Part shown: positions 51,980 to 53,360 of the stretch, piece by piece
Layout: each line of letters starts with the position of its first letter
Numbering within the stretch: position 1 is the stretch's first letter
From: Actinomycetota bacterium
GTDB lineage: Bacteria > Actinomycetota > CADDZG01 > JAHWKV01
Length of the DNA: 53,360 nucleotides
NCBI GenBank assembly: GCA_035759705.1
Contig: DASTUJ010000193.1
Span: 1-53,360 of the forward strand
Reading direction: 5' to 3'
Made by a program: the position numbers and the translations under genes
The notes under the pieces: model-generated
The model's database searches: none
What the model was told of the DNA's origin: nothing
The model's input: only the letters and a program-made list of their open reading frames with translations

Positions 51980-53360
51980 ATGAGACGGACTTTCGTGGTG
52001 GTAATCATCATGGCGCTGACGCTCGGAGTGTTCCCGGCCGGCGTTGGCCTAGCCGACGAAAACGACAACTCCCAGGAGCTTCGGGAGTCGGTGAGGGTCG
52101 CAGGAGTTCGGCAACACCAGCGGGCACTTCAGGCCAGGGCGGATGCCAACGGCGGAACCAGGCTCTCGGGAACCCCCGGCTACGACGCCTCCGTCCAGTA
52201 CGTCGCGCGGCGTGCAAGGGCGGCAGGTTACAGGGTCACACTTCAGCCATTCGACTTCCTGCTGGTCGGAGACGCCTCCCCGCCGATTCTCCAGCGCATC
52301 ACCCCAACGGCTCAGACCTTCGCCGACGGGCCGGACTTCATGTCCATGCAGTACTCCGGCTCCGGGGACGTCACCCTGCCGGTGACGGCGATAGACCTTG
52401 TGGTGCCCAGTCCCGCCGCCAATACGTCGACCAGCGGGTGCGATGAGGACGATTTCGCCGGCTTTCCCGTTGGTTCGATTGCGCTGATGCAGCGGGGAAC
52501 CTGCAACTTCTCGGTCAAGGCCGACAACGCCAGGGCCGCAAATGCCGGGGGCGTGATCATCTTCAACGAAGGCAACCCTGGCCGGACTGCAGTCATCGAC
52601 GGGACGCTCAACCCGCCCCTGCGAGACCTGCCGGTTGTCGGCACCACCTTTGCGGTGGGCGACAACCTGCGCAACGGCGTCCTGAACGGGCCGACCGGAG
52701 TAACTGCACGGCTCCGGGTGGACTCGGTCGCTGAAACCCGCAGCACGGTCAACGTCATCGCCGAAAGCCGGCACGGGCGGGCGGACAGCGTCGTAGTCGT
52801 CGGGGCCCACCTGGACAGCGTGAGCCGGGGGCCGGGAATCAACGACAACGGCTCCGGATCGGCAGCGATCCTCGAGGTCGCCGAGGAGATGGATGAGGTG
52901 GAGACCCGCAACCGTGTCCGCTTCATCTGGTTCGGAGCCGAGGAGGAGGGCTTGATCGGCTCGACCTTCTACGTGAACAGCCTTACGCCCGAACAGAGAA
53001 ACAACATCGCCGTGATGCTGAACTTCGACATGGTCGGTTCGCCGAACTTCGTTCGCTTTGTGTACGACGGCGATACATCCGACACCCCGCCGCCCGCCGG
53101 CGGAGCCCCGGCGGGCTCGGACGTAATCGAGCAGGTGTTCCTCGACTACTTCGCCAGCCGGGGCCTGGCAACCCAGCCGACCGCTTTCGACGGCCGGTCC
53201 GACTACGGCCCGTTCATCGCAGTAGGAATCCCGGCCGGAGGCCTCTTCACCGGAGCCGAAGGCGAGAAGACCCCCGCACAGCAGGCGATCTACGGTGGAA
53301 CCGCCGGTCAGCCGTACGACCCCTGCTACCACCTGGCATGCGACACGTTTGCCAACAACA
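51980..53360 (+). CDS. secreted M28-family aminopeptidase with PA domain (3' end outside the window)
   Basis: GGAGG before ATG 51980. Signal peptide MRRTFVVVIIMALTLGVFPAGVGLA. PA-domain segment GSIALMQRGTCNF..KA.NA.AANAGGVIIFN. M28 metal-ligand motifs VVVVGAHLDSV and GINDNGSGSAAILE, then FIWFGAEEEGLIGS. Open to the window edge. Confidence 0.85.
   Translation, partial: MRRTFVVVIIMALTLGVFPAGVGLADENDNSQELRESVRVAGVRQHQRALQARADANGGTRLSGTPGYDASVQYVARRARAAGYRVTLQPFDFLLVGDASPPILQRITPTAQTFADGPDFMSMQYSGSGDVTLPVTAIDLVVPSPAANTSTSGCDEDDFAGFPVGSIALMQRGTCNFSVKADNARAANAGGVIIFNEGNPGRTAVIDGTLNPPLRDLPVVGTTFAVGDNLRNGVLNGPTGVTARLRVDSVAETRSTVNVIAESRHGRADSVVVVGAHLDSVSRGPGINDNGSGSAAILEVAEEMDEVETRNRVRFIWFGAEEEGLIGSTFYVNSLTPEQRNNIAVMLNFDMVGSPNFVRFVYDGDTSDTPPPAGGAPAGSDVIEQVFLDYFASRGLATQPTAFDGRSDYGPFIAVGIPAGGLFTGAEGEKTPAQQAIYGGTAGQPYDPCYHLACDTFANN

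Overview
High-GC (about two-thirds G+C by eye), gene-dense, actinobacterial-style chromosomal window. I can support about 50 protein genes, 2 tRNAs (Pro-CGG, Ser-GGA) and one SRP RNA. I see no rRNA, no CRISPR array and no intact mobile element. Content from left to right: (1) A split classical menaquinone cluster: menG-menF on +, menD-menC-menA-menB on -, and menE on +. It is interrupted by a roughly 1000-aa secreted multidomain protein and a sigma-factor partner-switching module (group-3 sigma, two RsbW-like proteins, one STAS). It is followed directly by a small anchored protein plus an HTTM (vitamin-K-carboxylase-like) membrane protein. (2) Housekeeping genes: aldo/keto reductase, YjbQ, IMPase and cyclophilin. 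(3) A Tad/Flp pilus locus (flp, tadG-like, 2x tadE, cpaB, cpaE/tadZ, cpaF/tadA, tadB, tadC). (4) selA-selB. (5) NfeD protease, a leaderless-looking hypothetical, a truncated TPP-enzyme relic, a phosphoesterase, a nitroreductase and a VOC protein. (6) A GAF-PP2C-HATPase fusion with a coupled STAS protein. (7) A recombinase remnant beside tRNA-Pro. (8) The conserved block dnaX-ybaB-recR-ask-[insert]-asd-HIT, with SRP RNA upstream. (9) An AhpD-like CxxC protein, tRNA-Ser, a LAL/LuxR regulator, a cupin and a partial M28 peptidase. The most unusual item is a 1095-aa secreted glycine-rich protein sitting between ask and asd. It is built from five ~640-bp modules, each carrying a chaplin-like N[IV]CGN...C motif, a 9-residue-periodic Gly/Asp/Ser tract and a C-x-G-G-C motif. 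The second most interesting item is the HTTM gene pair appended to the menaquinone cluster. All functional calls come from motif recognition by eye; no database search was run.
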